DNA of 64,000 nt from Trichoplax adhaerens (GCF_000150275.1 NW_002060949.1:5265006-5329005); one strand, 5' to 3'; counted from the stretch's first letter, positions 41,568-55,960 are shown. The notes: generated from the letters alone by a model not told the origin. Program-made: numbers and translations.

Positions 41568-43308
41568 TATCCAGTAATCCTTACTGTACCCACACTCATA
41601 TCGCTGCAGTCAATCAAAAAGAAGAGTTTAGCCTTTTCCGATCTTGACAGAACACACGATAGCTTCTCAACAACAGTTTTTGTTTTTCACCACCACAAAA
41701 ACAGACATCAGTCTATCTCTAGCGACTTGCTTTCTTTTTCATTTTTGCATTGATCGTTCACTGTCAATTTTGCCCTTTTTTTTTTTTCCACAGTATCGTA
41801 GGCTGCCGTTAGCCTGTATTGTACAGTATATTGTAGAGGACAATGGCGCATGATGATGCATTAATAATCTTCTATTTTAATAATTTTCCCTTGCATTAAT
41901 AATAGTCTGACCGTGTTACTGTACTGTACTATACGTACTGTACTGTCCTTCACATTGGTAAACACACTAGCAAGACAAAAAACATCAACTTCATTTTGCA
42001 AAAAGGTCTCGCTCTAAAGTGAATATTCAACATCGATGTTACTTCTTATACGATATACACATTCATTTAAAGCAATTTCAATATTTGCCAAAGATTAAAA
42101 AGCAGAATCCGTACCCAATCTTCTCGATCATACTGTTTTAAATCACAATACAGTATAAACTGGACTCAATTGAAAACAAATGACTTGGTCAAAGTTCCGC
42201 CCTACCATTTTCAATCAAATTCATTGCCAATTTCACATTTTTTTTCCTCCATTTCTCAATCTCTGTCCCATCCAAGTAGAGTCATTTCTACTTGATATTA
42301 TTACGGTATATCTGTGGAACTAATAAAACTACAGTGTTGATATCATAGATAAGCAAGCTCTTTTCTAACAATAATGCAACTTTACAACGACTACATAATA
42401 AATAAACTACATCAATCATACTCAGATAAGAAAGTTTACTGTACAAGTAAGCAACGATAGTAATCATGCGATAGTCACAAGAGAAATTTCCAAATCAATT
42501 TTCCTCCATAGAAATAGCAGTATTAACCTACTTACGTCACTTACGCATGATGAAACAATAACTCAACATGGTGGTATATAAAGATAACAACTTACAATAT
42601 ATTGTAAAACATTTGTTCACAACATGCAACATAACAACCTTTCAAATCACAACTGGCTATACTTGAATTAGTTGAAGCCTTTTTTTTTATTACCCTTTAC
42701 CCCTACCCTATAACTTACAACTATTTATGATAATGCATAACACAATTGTCACGCTGCAATACAACATTACATTACCGATCGATACTCTAGGAGAAAACAT
42801 TACATACTTACATACTTAGTATACTGTCAATTTCAATTACACAATAGAAATGGCATAACACGGATGCCATAATGAATTATTGGCTCATTCTTTGTAATCG
42901 ATGATTATCATTATCAAACCGACGTTAATCTTATTTCACGCTTTAGCAACTATAAGTTAGCCTGTTAACTAGTCTAAAGCAGTGTACAATTTTTAGTTTA
43001 ACTTAAAATTTCCAGCAAATGTTAAAATGCAATAGTACACCCTTATATCAGAGTAATCACTATCCGATGTGTACTCAGTAAAATAATTACAACATGAGCA
43101 ATATCTGCATAGAACAGAGTCATACATAAAGATGCCGCGGTAGGTATTATATGAAACAAAACTGTAAGCATGACAGTTGCTGTCCTTTCAGAATGTTCTG
43201 ATACTTACTCAAGTACTCAATTACTAACTTTCACTTACACCTTACATGTATTGCAGCTCATCACAAGATAGAAACAATACAGATAAACGTAATGGTGCCA
43301 TCAGTTAT

Positions 43309-46300
43309 TTAAGAAAAATCGCGATTGGGCAAAATTAACGGTGCTACTAATGTCCAAATATAGAGTAACATACACACCCACGACGACGCTATCTTAACCC
43401 AAACTGATGACCAATTACTGGAAAGGCTTACGATGCTTGCACTTTCGGGACTAATATGGTAAAAGCAAATAATAGCATCTTTAATAAATAGGAAATGCAT
43501 CTTGTATAAAATTAAAAATTGATCGAGTACAGTATAATGAATATTGAAAAGTTCTCTAAATATCCATTTACCTGTACCAATTGGTCAACTGCATCATTAT
43601 GTAAAATGTAGCTAAAGCAAGCATAAAGTGATAAAAGGAATAACTATAGGCGACAGCATCTTGTTCGTTGTCCCATACTTTCTGCCCAGGTCTTCCACTT
43701 TCTTCATCTCCACTTGGAGCTGAAGAGGGTTCAGGTATAGCCGTAGTCTATTAAAATTTATAATACGCGTATACCGATATTAAAGTTAAACAATATCATC
43801 ACAACATAATTATCACATGTCCACCATAAGAATAGCATCCACCCATACCTCTTCTTTATTACTGGATAATGAGAATCGACCAACGCTTGTAGCCGACGAA
43901 TTTCTCACACTAAAATGGGTCATTTTAATGATATTGTAACATTAAACGTAATGATGGAAATAATGAAACCTTTACTGTAAAGCACAATTTAAACTACAGA
44001 GTCAATATAGTACATCCAAGAATTTCAGGAATAAAATATTAAAAACTATCCAGTTCTTCAATTGCATATTACTAATACAAATAAATACCATTAACCATAC
44101 CTCGAATAAATAACCATAACAAACAATACTATAATGCCAATAACAGTTTGGAAATCTGCGTGAGGAGTTAATTTGCCGCCTTCCAAAGTGACGCCTTGCG
44201 GATTACATTTCGCATCTAATTTAAAATTAAAGTTGCTTCAGTAACGATTCTACATATCTACTTTGACCACCAGCTGCAATCAACGATAATATCGAGGGTT
44301 AGATACCTGGTTCATTAGACATGGCAGACCAAGTCAAGTAAGTAGTGTAAAGTGAAATAACAGCAGATTGAAGCAGGCCTGATCGCGGTTGAACTTCTTG
44401 CACTTTGGGTAAGATTGCAATGATAGAAATGATAATGCATGCTATTAAATTGAAGCTCACGAAGAATTTATTCAATCCACAACCATCAGGCTATAAAATA
44501 AATGCAATAAAATAGATAAGAAAACCTAATATTGTAAAAAAGATTTCTCCTAGTGAAACAATATATAGAAAATAACATTCCTTATATCACGTCTACATGT
44601 TCTTACAATCACAATCCTTTGTTATAATAGCATTTACATTCATACCTTGGTAAAGAACACGTAGAATAATACTGTAGCAGTAATAGTTGCACAATACATG
44701 GCGACAGTAAAGAACAGCAAGCCTACACAGGATGAGATGTAAAATACAGATTGGTTTAATTGTAGTCAACATAGTTTCATTTTGTCAAAACATGCCTAAA
44801 ATCGCTTACCATAAAACCAAATCTTATTATCAGTTTCTTCAGCCTTGCCTACCCTGTAAATATCAAGGATTAAAGTTTTGGTCGTATGAAAAGCAACATC
44901 AATACAATTCTCTCGATCTATTCCTATTAAAAGTATATCGAGTAAGCATAATAGAGTCATATCTATACGATACCATGATTCATTCCAAGAATGGGCAAAG
45001 TCAACCATTATAATAAGCTGGATAATGATAAAGAGGAAAGCGCCACCTAAGCCAAATATCATCCATACTATATATATATACATGTAGCAAGACTTGGTCA
45101 ATACATTTCGTAGCATACGGAATTGATTCAAGAGTTAAACGGTAAATGTTAAGAAGTGTAAAGGATAACATGCAGATATTAAGTTGTAATATGGACGGAC
45201 AAATAATAAGCTATTGTATATACGCGTCTATTGTATCGATTTTTAGATCGATGCTGAACTTCTATACTTAGTTAATACTCACCCTGACTAAAACTACCAC
45301 GCGGGATAAAGAAAGCACCGATCAAAACGCCACCAATGATTAAGAATTTTACAGCCCAGAACCTATGGCAATGAAATTACAGGTAAGACAAACTCGATTG
45401 ATCCCCAAAAAGGGCTACAATTAGCATTGTACCGTGTAGTATACGATCTAATGTAGATTAAGCAAATTTTCGCAAGATAACTCGAATTTAGCAACATGTA
45501 GTTGTGCCTTGCAACCCACTACTCCTTCTCAAGTGTGGCGAATTTCTTAGAAATGCAAATATACCACGTGAACAGTGAACTTATATGCAGATCATATTAT
45601 TAAATAATGATTATTAGTAAATAACTGATCATGCCCTAAAGTATGTCAGATGAAGATTACAGACGTAAAGGTTTTTGCTGAATTTGAATTGAAGACCATG
45701 AACATACCCATTTTGAATTGAAGATCGAGAATCCCGGCTATTTTTAACATTGATCATCAAAACACACATGAGTAAATAGAAAAGTGCAAACGCGAAGCAA
45801 ACACGATAGACAGCTAGGTATCCAACCAACTTGTTACAATCAGTCAAATGAGAGCAAAAGCCAGGAATCTAGATATATAAAGTCATAAGATTGTTTAAAG
45901 CATTTAATTTATTTTACCTGTCTATTCACCGTAGTACTGTAACAGCCATTAATCTTCTGACTGTACTTCTGTAATTACAGTACATCAGGCGTATGTGGTA
46001 CTGTAATATACAGTATACTGTATGAAGAGACATGATACGAAAAACAAACGTCGTACAGTACTGTACAGTACGTACTGTACGACCACATACAGACTACTGT
46101 TGTCCGTAGCTTACTGTACTGGACATTGAGAAATACGAAAAAATATGCCGTAAATCATATAAATACTAAATTCTATTGATAGATCGAAAGCCATCCACAA
46201 GAAATCAAATTAATTACATAATATCGATTATCAGTATTCAACATTATATGGTCGCACCTTCTCGAGAGTACCTTGAAGACCAGGAGCTAAAACGATGCAC

Positions 46301-46653
46301 GATATTATCAAACATAACATCAGAACCACGGTGTACATGACTCGTGATGAAGTTGAATTCTTGCAAGAAGGACATGAAGAACAACATAAACTGCAAGCAG
46401 CGCTACCGCAACAGCAAGCCAACTATAACAGGAAAAGAAATTTTTTAGATTAAAAATTTTCTGGAAAATGCAATCGGCAGATGAAATAAAAACATACATC
46501 GTCCCTGTACTCATTGTGTACTGTATATTTATGTTACCGCACTTTCTATCAATGTCTGTGAAGTAAAATATGAAAATATCTTTTACAATCTACGTATGTT
46601 ACAGATCTCCGTACCGAAGCAGCACAACCAGCAAGAGAACAGATAGCTCCCAT
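43309..46653 (-). CDS. SERINC: Serine incorporator / TMS membrane protein (SERINC), multi-exon
   Basis: [13 protein letters not shown]|[41 protein letters not shown]|[48 protein letters not shown]...[15 protein letters not shown]. Confidence 0.97.
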
Positions 46654-47067
46654 TTTTAACGCTTATGATATTGGATATAGCTTTAAGTCTGTAATAATAT
46701 TGTGGTGTTGATTCCAACTATTACAATGCTTTTTTTACTCTTCGCTATTTCTTGACCTTACTTTTTTCCTCGACTGTAAAAATATGATGAGTTTAATTGG
46801 AAGTTAACACTAATTATACTGTACTGTACTGGCGATAGGGCAAAAGACCTTCCCAGTAATTTTTTGACGTAAATACAATACAGTACTACTGTATAGAGTA
46901 CATGTACTGTAGCTAGCTCACTGGTCTACAGTACAGCACTGTACTGTACTGTACAGTACAGTATAAAGCTTTGCCCTGTGTACTGTAGATGCAGATGCTG
47001 AGTATAGCATATTACGTAATGTCGTGCTGTACCGTACCAGGGACTCCTGACTGCAGACTGTACTATA

Positions 47068-47199
47068 CAGTATGTCTAAGATATTTCAGCCGATAAATTT
47101 TAACATCCAAAAACAAATAAATTTCGGAAAGTGAACAAATAATACATCAATCGATTTTGCTAGTTAAAATTTATCGGCTGAAATATCTTAGACATACTG
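47068..47199. mobile_element. 132-bp Tc1/mariner-type MITE with perfect 37-bp TIRs and TA target-site duplication
   Basis: TA|CAGTATGTCTAAGATATTTCAGCCGATAAATTTTAAC (47068-47104), 58-bp spacer, GTTAAAATTTATCGGCTGAAATATCTTAGACATACTG|TA (47163-47199). Confidence 0.8.
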
Positions 47200-48066
47200 T
47201 ACAGTCTACAGTATACTGTACTGTACTACGCTGGCCCAGAAGGGACACATACAAAGTTGTACAGTACTGTACACTGTAAAAATGGTACTAGTAAAAACTA
47301 CGGTGGCCCAAAAGGGACAACTTTAAGTAAGAGAACACAATCTGTACGGTTTTTACTTTAACAGTTGTGCTCGTCGGGTCAATGAATCAAAGATACTGTT
47401 TCTGCGCAGAATAGTAATGAAAATACTGTACAGTATAAGTACAGCGCGTTATTAATAAGAATACTAATGATGACCGTGATTAGACCGATTTGTGCGTAGC
47501 AAGCTTCGTCTGCGCGATTATCTGTACGTCCGTTCACTTTGAGGGTGCTTTACACCGTATACAGACAGTACTGCGGCTGTGACAGCGCAATGTACAGTAC
47601 AGTATGCTGGGGAAAATTATTAAAACCGACTGTACAAGTGTACTGTACAGTACAGAATTACAGGAGCTCCAACTTACTGTATGTACAGTACATTGTACTG
47701 TACAATACATTATTGTGTACAGTATTGTCTGTAACAGATATTTCCAAAATAGAATAAAGTAAATAAAATGGTATAAATCCAATAAACTTCAACGCTTCTC
47801 GTTGATTTCAATCACAACGGCAGAGGGCCGGAGAACTGTACTGTACACTGTAAAGTGTACACTGTACAGTACAGTATTGATATTACACTTTCCGCTTAAC
47901 TGCTGTAGTGGACAGTACAGTCTACAGTATAGTCTGTACAGTACTACTGTACTGATTTTACCTACTGTACAGTACACTGTAGTGTAAAGTACAGTACACT
48001 GTACTGTACTGGCAGTAGGCAGCGCACTGTAATAAAGCAGCGTATAGTATTTGTGCGTTTTTATCT

Positions 48067-48080
48067 ATCACTATAGCAAC
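48067..48080 (+). promoter_or_regulatory. RFX X-box upstream of DNALI1
   Basis: ATCACTATAGCAAC fits the ciliary X-box consensus RTHNYYWTRRNRAC, about 230 bp before the ATG. Confidence 0.7.
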
Positions 48081-48310
48081 GGAATATATCCAAAATACAG
48101 TTGCAGCACTGTACACTATGTTAGCGCTATGTTGTCTGCATAGCTATAGTTTCGTATACTGTATATATATACGTAGTTTATAAAGGTTATGTAAGTCTAA
48201 CGAGAAAAGTAGAGCATAACGAACGCAGCCTCAGCACACTACTACTTTATTCTTCATTTAATATTTCACCTTCAATTCTATCAATACAGCAGCTACCTGC
48301 ATTTGGTGCC

Positions 48311-50161
48311 ATGGTTCCTCCAAATACCTCTTTGCTAAAATATGATAATCCAATCTTAGTTAGTAGAAACACCGAAAAAAAAGCTACAAAGGTAGACTAG
48401 ATCCTGTAACACTATTTGTCATTTTATTCCACTTAGCATAAACGATAACCGTAAATGTATAACTAGCCAAATATAGTATCATCCTTGGTTTCGTTAACAA
48501 CCAATTCTACTTCTTTTATCCTATGCATTTTTTGCTCTTATATTGCCACCCTATATTTCCAATTTCATAGCTTCTTAACATACTTTCTTCATAGCATGAA
48601 ATTAGCATTAACTATAAAATTTATTATAGAAAGTTTGCAACGGTATTGATAGTATTATTACAGGACTAAATTATAAAGTTTAAACTTTTCATGATAGTCG
48701 CTACTGTCAAGTAATATTATAGTAAAACTAATTCCCTAAATTAATATTACCGTCAATTTTTTACAGCGCATTGACTCAATAAAAATGAATGTGTCACTAT
48801 CAGTGTCGCAATATTTTCCTAAATAGATTAATAAACTAGTAATTTAGTCTATGAATAGTGATAGATGAAGTGGTAAGCTTTAGCAGGAATAGCCAGGGAC
48901 GCAATGTATAACATAATCTCTACTTTGTGATGCGATAGCAAAAAGGAAAGGTGAGTGGTGCTACAGTTACTGGTAATGGCTCTCCCGCTGGTCCTGTACC
49001 TTCGCCTCCTAAAACATCTAAGTTGCCACCAGTTGAAGCCCAAAAAAATCAACAGACGGAAGAAATTTTGAACTCTATTTTACCACCAAAGTATGTCTTA
49101 GATTTCAGTAAATGAGTCACCTGGATGTGATATAAAATATAAGACAATATTATAATTTCTTAAAATGTCTTTAAATCTACATTATTGCTATACCGTCTCT
49201 AAATGCTATAAATTCTTTTTCCTTCCATATATATTCACTTCTCTACTTTTTTTTACAGAGAATGGCAAGATAATGGACAACTATGGACCCAACAAGTTTC
49301 CAGCACTCCAGCAACTCGCCTCGATGTAGTGAACCTACAAGAACAACTAGATCAGAAGCTTCAACAGAGGCAAGCTAGAGAGACTGGAATATGTCCTGTT
49401 CGCAGAGAACTATATTCGCAGTCATTTGGTAATGAAGTTAATTGTCGACGAATAATCATGTAATAGTTCGGTTAATGGTAGCTTATGCTTTATACTTTTT
49501 GGGGAAATATTTTAGATGAGCTCATAAGACAAGTTACAATAAACTGCGCTGAACGTGGTCTTCTACTTTTGAGGTAATGTAATGACATTTAGGCAGTATC
49601 TGAACTCTTATTAAGCTAATCAATCATCATGCCTTTCCACTGATGAAAACTTATATACAACCTTTAATCATTACAGGGTTAGGGATGAAATACGGATGAC
49701 TATTGCAGCTTATCAAACACTATACGAAAGCAGGTTGAAACTACATTCTGTGACTCGATTTCTTATAATTTTTGTTTTTTAATCAATTCTACCATTTCAA
49801 TAAAGTGTTGCCTTCGGTATGAGAAAAGCTTTACAAGCGGAACAAGGTAAAGCTGACATGGAAAATAAAATTAGTGAATTAGAATCTGAAAAACGAGACT
49901 CAGAGAGACAAGTAAACGAACTAAAAGCAAAATGCGAAGCTATCGAAAAGCGTGAAGCTGAAAGAAGAATGGTAGAAGAAAAAAGACACACAGAAGAGAT
50001 TCAATTTTTAAAGAGAACGAACCAACAGTTGAAAGTACGTAAATCTAGTCACTATATTTTTTTAGTAATTGATCGATTAATATGCATCTAATGTCTGTGT
50101 GTTAATCATTACAACTCCTTAGGCTCAATTAGAAGGCATAATTGCTCCAACAAGGAAATAA
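48311..50161 (+). CDS. DNALI1: Axonemal dynein light intermediate chain p28, multi-exon
   Basis: MVPPNTSLLKYDNPILVS, EEILNSILPP, VSSTPATRLDV, RQARETGICPVRRELY, FDELIRQVTINCAERGLLLLRVRDE, FGMRKALQAEQGK, LKRTNQQLK|AQLEGIIAPTRK*. Confidence 0.98.
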
Positions 50162-51658
50162 TTGAAGCTTAATGTCCTGATGCTGTAAATTATACGATTA
50201 CCATTCTATCGATCTTATAATAACTGTATAAATTATGCAATTTGCATACGGTAACATAGTTTGTAGTAACTGCTAGTACAATGCATAATATAATAATAAT
50301 AATCTTAATAATTTTAAAATGTATTACGATACAAATATTTTTTATCGACTCGATTCTTAGTTGCTCATCACTAGCAGTAGAGATAAGGAGTAAAACGTAC
50401 AATAAAATTTTTACTTGTTAAAAATAGAACCTCGGTGTGCTTAAGTACCCGTGTAACTTGAAATATAATTTAGTGAAATAGCAATAGCCCTATTACATTG
50501 CAGCTGGCTCTTTTCTGTTTATTCATAGAAGAGCTACACATGGCATAATTAAGTTCAAATAGATTGAATTACCGATAGAATATAATATGCCTGTATAAAT
50601 ATAAGCTATAAAGGGTTAGTATCTACACATTCATATTGGTCATGGCTCCGAATTGTGTAGTAAAAAAATCAGGATGTTACTTTATTCATTCCTTAGCTTA
50701 ATATCATTCGATACTTTGAAAATTCCAAGAACTATACTATCCGTGTTTTTATTTGTAGCGTTCTCATTAGGATGTCGAGAAATCTGGAGGCAATTCTAGA
50801 GTGTCGGGAGCTTAAAGACTTTTCTAGAAATACCAGATTGATCTGATAATTCGATTTTAATGCAGTAACAACCATTGCATGAAAATCTATCTGTGTACAA
50901 AACTTTCAAATGAAAGATCGAATACTAAAATATCATTAGTAATTAAATGTTCACTTGCCTATGCTAATCAGCAGATTTTCTCAAGAAAGCACCGATACAC
51001 AACACGTTACTGCATGTAGAATTCTAAACTTATAGTACAATAGCACTCTTTGCGTACAGCTCAGTCTAGTTCCGCGTGCTCGATATCTCAGGCAGAAAGT
51101 TTAATTCGATGTAATTTAGGGTTTAAGCAAATTAATACCGTCCACGCATTTCTATTTTTAACGCTATATCAGAATTATAAGCAAATTTTTACCGTATCCA
51201 ATCTATTAATTCTGATATGAATTTATAGCTTATAATTTTTGTAGAAAATGACTAATAGGTTTTACTCATTATATGTTGTAATAGTTTAATTTAGATATAC
51301 TATCATCTCATACTATGGCGCCATAATCCTCTTCTAAATTAAGATAGCACCTTTACAAGCCTAGGCAATAATATTTACGGTGAAATATTAACGTGAAGTT
51401 AATATCCACCTGTACTGTAGCATGGTAGAAAGTATGATACTTTTCAGATGGATATTTATGATACTCTGAGCTGAAGAGAAATAATTTCGAGTATTCGTAA
51501 CCAGAGTTATTCATTCATGATACGTAAAGGAACCGTGAAAATTTCAAAACAGCAAGCACTAGATGAAATAATATTCGATTTTATTTTAATCTAGAAAATT
51601 CTTTGAAGGGAATTTCTGTTTATTTCCTTTTACGAAAAGAAGAATTAGCAGTAAGGCG

Positions 51659-52264
51659 ATCTGCTACTCTAATTTAGTAAAGAAGCTGAGGAATAGAATG
51701 GCTTTGCTATATTATTATTTTCTAAATCTGCTACTCTAATTTAGTAAAGAAGCTGAGGAATAGAATGGCTTTGCTATATTATTATTTTCTAAATCTGCTA
51801 CTCTAATTTAGTAAAGAAGCTGAGGAATAGAATGGCTTTGCTATATTATTATTTTCTAAATCTGCTACTCTAATTTAGTAAAGAAGCTGAGGAATAGGAT
51901 GGCTTTGCTATATTATTATTTTCTAAATCTGCTACTCTAATTTAGTAAAGAAGCTGAGGAATAGAATGGCTTTGCTATATTATTATTTTCTAAATCTGCT
52001 ACTCTAATTTAGTAAAGAAGCTGAGGAATAGAATGGCTTTGCTATATTATTATTTTCTAAATCTGCTACTCTAATTTAGTAAAGAAGCTGAGGAATAGAA
52101 TGGCTTTGCTATATTATTATTTTCTAAATCTGCTACTCTAATTTAGTAAAGAAGCTGAGGAATAGAATGGCTTTGCTATATTATTATTTTCTAAATCTGC
52201 TACTCTAATTTAGTAAAGAAGCTGAGGAATAGGATGGCTTTGCTATATTATTATTATTTTCTAA
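51659..52264. repeat. 67-bp tandem repeat, 9 near-identical copies
   Basis: Unit ATCTGCTACTCTAATTTAGTAAAGAAGCTGAGGAATAGAATGGCTTTGCTATATTATTATTTTCTAA. The only variants seen are A>G in copies 4 and 9 and an extra TTA in copy 9. Confidence 0.98.
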
Positions 52265-52619
52265 CTTGGCATAAGCACTTGCACAACAACCAGGAATGAA
52301 TGACTTTAGTACTCCATACTAAAATGCCATGCATACTCAATCATACGTTATTAGACTACCGACTAGTATACAAATCGTGCAGTAGTACCGTGAAATGTGT
52401 CACGGTACCAGAGTACAAACCAGGGTGAAAATATGATGATGTCAGCACGACGTTGTACTATGAGTCTGACAGTATTTAATGATGGTACTATACGGCTGCC
52501 TACTGTAGTGTCCCAAATCAGTCATAGAAATATATATTACAGACTTACCGTCAAGTTGTTAAAAAGGAAGAGTCTTGAGATGTGATTTTATTCGTAGCAA
52601 GTAGTGTAAAGAAGAAAGT

Positions 52620-55600
52620 ATGGAGTATGCAACGGAAACTACCCCAACTCCTAAAATGTATGTTATGTCTATGTAAGAAATAAGCTGCCATCAGTAGTAT
52701 AAATTATTTGATTGGAAAGATTCGATCGTTCAAAATTCATAGTTAATTTCGGTTTATGTCTATGATTTTATTAGTTTATGCTGCCAATGTGGCACACTGA
52801 TCGATGCCAATCCTGCAAACATGTGCGTTGGTTGTATCAGGGCTCATGTAGATATAACAGAAGGAATTCCTAAACAGTCAACGTTGTATTTTTGTCGCTT
52901 CTGTCTGAGGTAAGTTAAGTTGACTCAAAATCGTAGCGAGTTATATCTTATAGGAAATGGAATTGAAGGGTGCCGTGAAGAGATGATCATCTATGGCTAC
53001 AGTAATCAATGTATAGATATCTACCTATAGAACAAACTAAAAATACCCCTCCCCATTTTTAAATTGGATACTGCACTTTCCTAGAATAGATGAATGATTT
53101 ACAGTATAGTATTATTATTATTATGGATCATTTCAATAATGTCACTATTATGATCTGCATCACAATTTAGGTACTTACAACCACCTTCAACTTGGGTTCA
53201 ATGTGTTTTAGAGTCTCGTGAATTGCTTGCGTTATGCCTTAAGAGATTAAAAGGATTAACTAAAGTATTGTATCGTTTCCTAGAAGCTTGAATAGAAGTA
53301 AAGATTTTGATTGCGACACATTTTTCAAACGCTGTCGTTTTGTAAATGTCTAAAATATTGAAGCTATTCTATAACTATGTTATAACTTTATCAGGTACGT
53401 TTAGTTGATGCTGGCTTTGTATGGACGGAACCTCATTCAAAACGAGTTAAAGTAAAGTTAACGGTGCAAAAAGAGGTACTGCACTTTAGTTACAAAGACC
53501 TTAACTTTGTATTCTATCAAGCATAAACTCAAGTGAGGATATGCGATACGTGCTCAATACGCATTTATTCCACTACCACTACGAAGACCCTATTCGATTA
53601 TAAATTACTCATGATTAAAAGTAGTTGATATCATGACGGCGTGCTAAGATATGACCAGTAAAGTTATTTTGTTTCCTACAGGTTTTAAATTGCACCATTT
53701 TGCAGCAACAGTTTGTCGTTGAATATGTAGTGCATCATCAAATGTGCGATGAATGCCAAAGACGTGAAGCCAAAGATTATTGGAAGGCAGTGTGCCAAGT
53801 TCGCCAAAGGGTAGGATGCTATACATTTGGATATACATTAGTAAATCAATTCTTATAAAAAATCTTATTTAAAAATCAATGAACGTGGTCTAAACGTCAA
53901 CCTTTAAACTATAGACTTCTCATAAGAAAACTTTCTTCTACCTGGAACAACTTTTAATAAAGCATCAAGCTCATTCTAATGCTGTCAAGATAGTAGATGA
54001 AGCCAGTTCGTAAACAATCATTTACCTTTCTTTGGTGTAGGGTTATATATAACAGCAATTGGATAAAATAACTAAAATTTTGTTACTATTGAATAGATGG
54101 TCTGGACTTTTTCTTCGCGTCTAAAGACGATTCCCGGAAGCTAGTTGATTTTTTACAATCAGTAGTCCCTTGTAGGTTAGTTTCTTGTAATGCTGTACAG
54201 CTTTTGTTGTTGCATGCACCCTAATCGGCTTTACCATAAACTTATAAAATTACTACTGAAACTGCTTCTTTTATTTTAGATACAAAACTTCTCAACATTT
54301 AGTGTCTCACGATTGCCATAGTAATATCTACAATTATAAATATACTTTTTCCGTTGAAATTGTGCCTATTTGTAAGGTAATACTTTATTATTTCCTAACT
54401 GTATCCTTATTATAACGCAGTAGCTACAATCCCAATTTTGCCACTTTAATTATAATTGTAGGATGACGTCGTTTGTCTACCATTAAAAGTAGCCAATTCA
54501 TTAGGGAATATAGGGTAAGTTCTGAAACTCTAGTCATTACAATGATGTAATAGAATTGGATTCAATTTGATCGCCTAGGTAATCAGTTCACATATCTACA
54601 ACGTGCTTATAAATTTTATTGATTTTCTAGGCAGCTATTGATTTGCACACAGATCACAAATACCATTCATTTAACAGACCCAACAACACTACAAAGTTAG
54701 TTATCTTCGTTTAAAAGAAGTTTATATTTTTCCTGTAATAATTCATTTTGCAAGTATTAATCTACTAGGTATTGCATACACGTACTTACGATATAACCCT
54801 ATTCTAAAATATCTGATGTAGCTGTTTCTGTACAACCGGATGTATTTTGGAAGCAACCGTTCCATACGATATGCACTCAGAAACAATTAATTGAGTATAC
54901 AATCTTGGAGATAGAATTTATTGAACAGAAAGACGCTAGATATTCCTCAGAAAAGGTATCTACCGCCATAATACGTCTAATGATATGTGAAGGTTAACTA
55001 AATTAGATCAAGACATAAGTGACTGTGGTTTTATTATTAGTATAAACTTGCGGACGTCTGGATCGTAAAAAGTAAAGATTTGGGAATAAGTGACACACAA
55101 TTTCACTGTCGTACCCACCTTGGTAACATTATAAGTCCAGGAGACACAATCTTAGGGTATAATGTTTGCTATAATATTCAAACAAAGATTTTCAAATTCC
55201 CCTAACGTTTAACATTGAATACCTCAGCTTTGACATCAACGGAAGCAACGTTAACAATGACAATTTTTATAAAATGCCTTCCAGAAAAGTCCCTGATGTG
55301 GTATACAATGCTACTTGATATTAACTGCATCAGGAAAAGTTTAAGATTTTAATTATAGTTTTTATTAGATTCTAGTTAAGAAGCATTTTGGCGACAAGCG
55401 TAAACGCCATAGTAAGCGAAATTGGAAGTTAAAATCGTTGAAGAAAGAAACGGGTGCCAATATTGATATGGAAACGGACGATATGTACGTCTTGTATGGT
55501 AGTAATCCTTTTACAGTTGAGATTATTGCACAATGGTGCCAGGCTAGATGGAAAGAAATAGTAGTACTGGAAATTAGAGATTTATTACTTGCCAGTAAAT

Positions 55601-55960
55601 ACCTAAACAATAATTAACTGCCATATATTTCAGGGATTATGATAACTTTTTGGAGGATTTAGAGGAAGATCCTACTTATCGTCAAAACGTTAATATCTAT
55701 AAAGGTACCGTATTTTGGATATTATGCCATGATAATTTATCTATAGCAGCCGAAATGATAATGATGTATTTACTTTATACTCAAAGTAGGCTGCACTTGC
55801 ACTTAATATGGTTTTAAAAATTAATCTTAAAAATTTTATAGATCCTAAATTTAAAGGTAATAAGGATTCTAGACCAGACCCTGACGAACAACTCCCTTCG
55901 ATCGGATTAGAAGAGATGCTAGAAGATTTATGTATTGATGATGAAGAAGATAATTATTAA
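52620..55960 (+). CDS. NMD3: 60S ribosomal export adaptor NMD3, multi-exon
   Basis: MEYATETTPTPKI|LCCQCGTLIDANPANMCVGCIR, LESRELLALCLK, DAGFVWTEPHSKRVK, HKKTFFYLEQL, GLDFFF, EIVPICKDD, FLEDLEEDPTYRQNVNIYK, NES-like LEEMLEDLCI. Stop at 55958-55960. Confidence 0.98.

Larger units (their letters stand above)
46815..48120. promoter_or_regulatory. Divergent (bidirectional) promoter region SERINC/DNALI1, densest TACAGTA/TACTGTA array in the window
   Basis: ATGs at 46653 (-) and 48311 (+) face away from each other. 47835-48010 consists largely of TACAG/TACTG/TACAC/TAGTG pentamers. Confidence 0.7.

Noticed and set aside
51659-52264. CRISPR array or hammerhead-ribozyme (retrozyme) repeat
   Set aside because: There are no unique spacers and the context is eukaryotic. 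CTGAGGA and a short stem are present, but the required GAAA core is missing.
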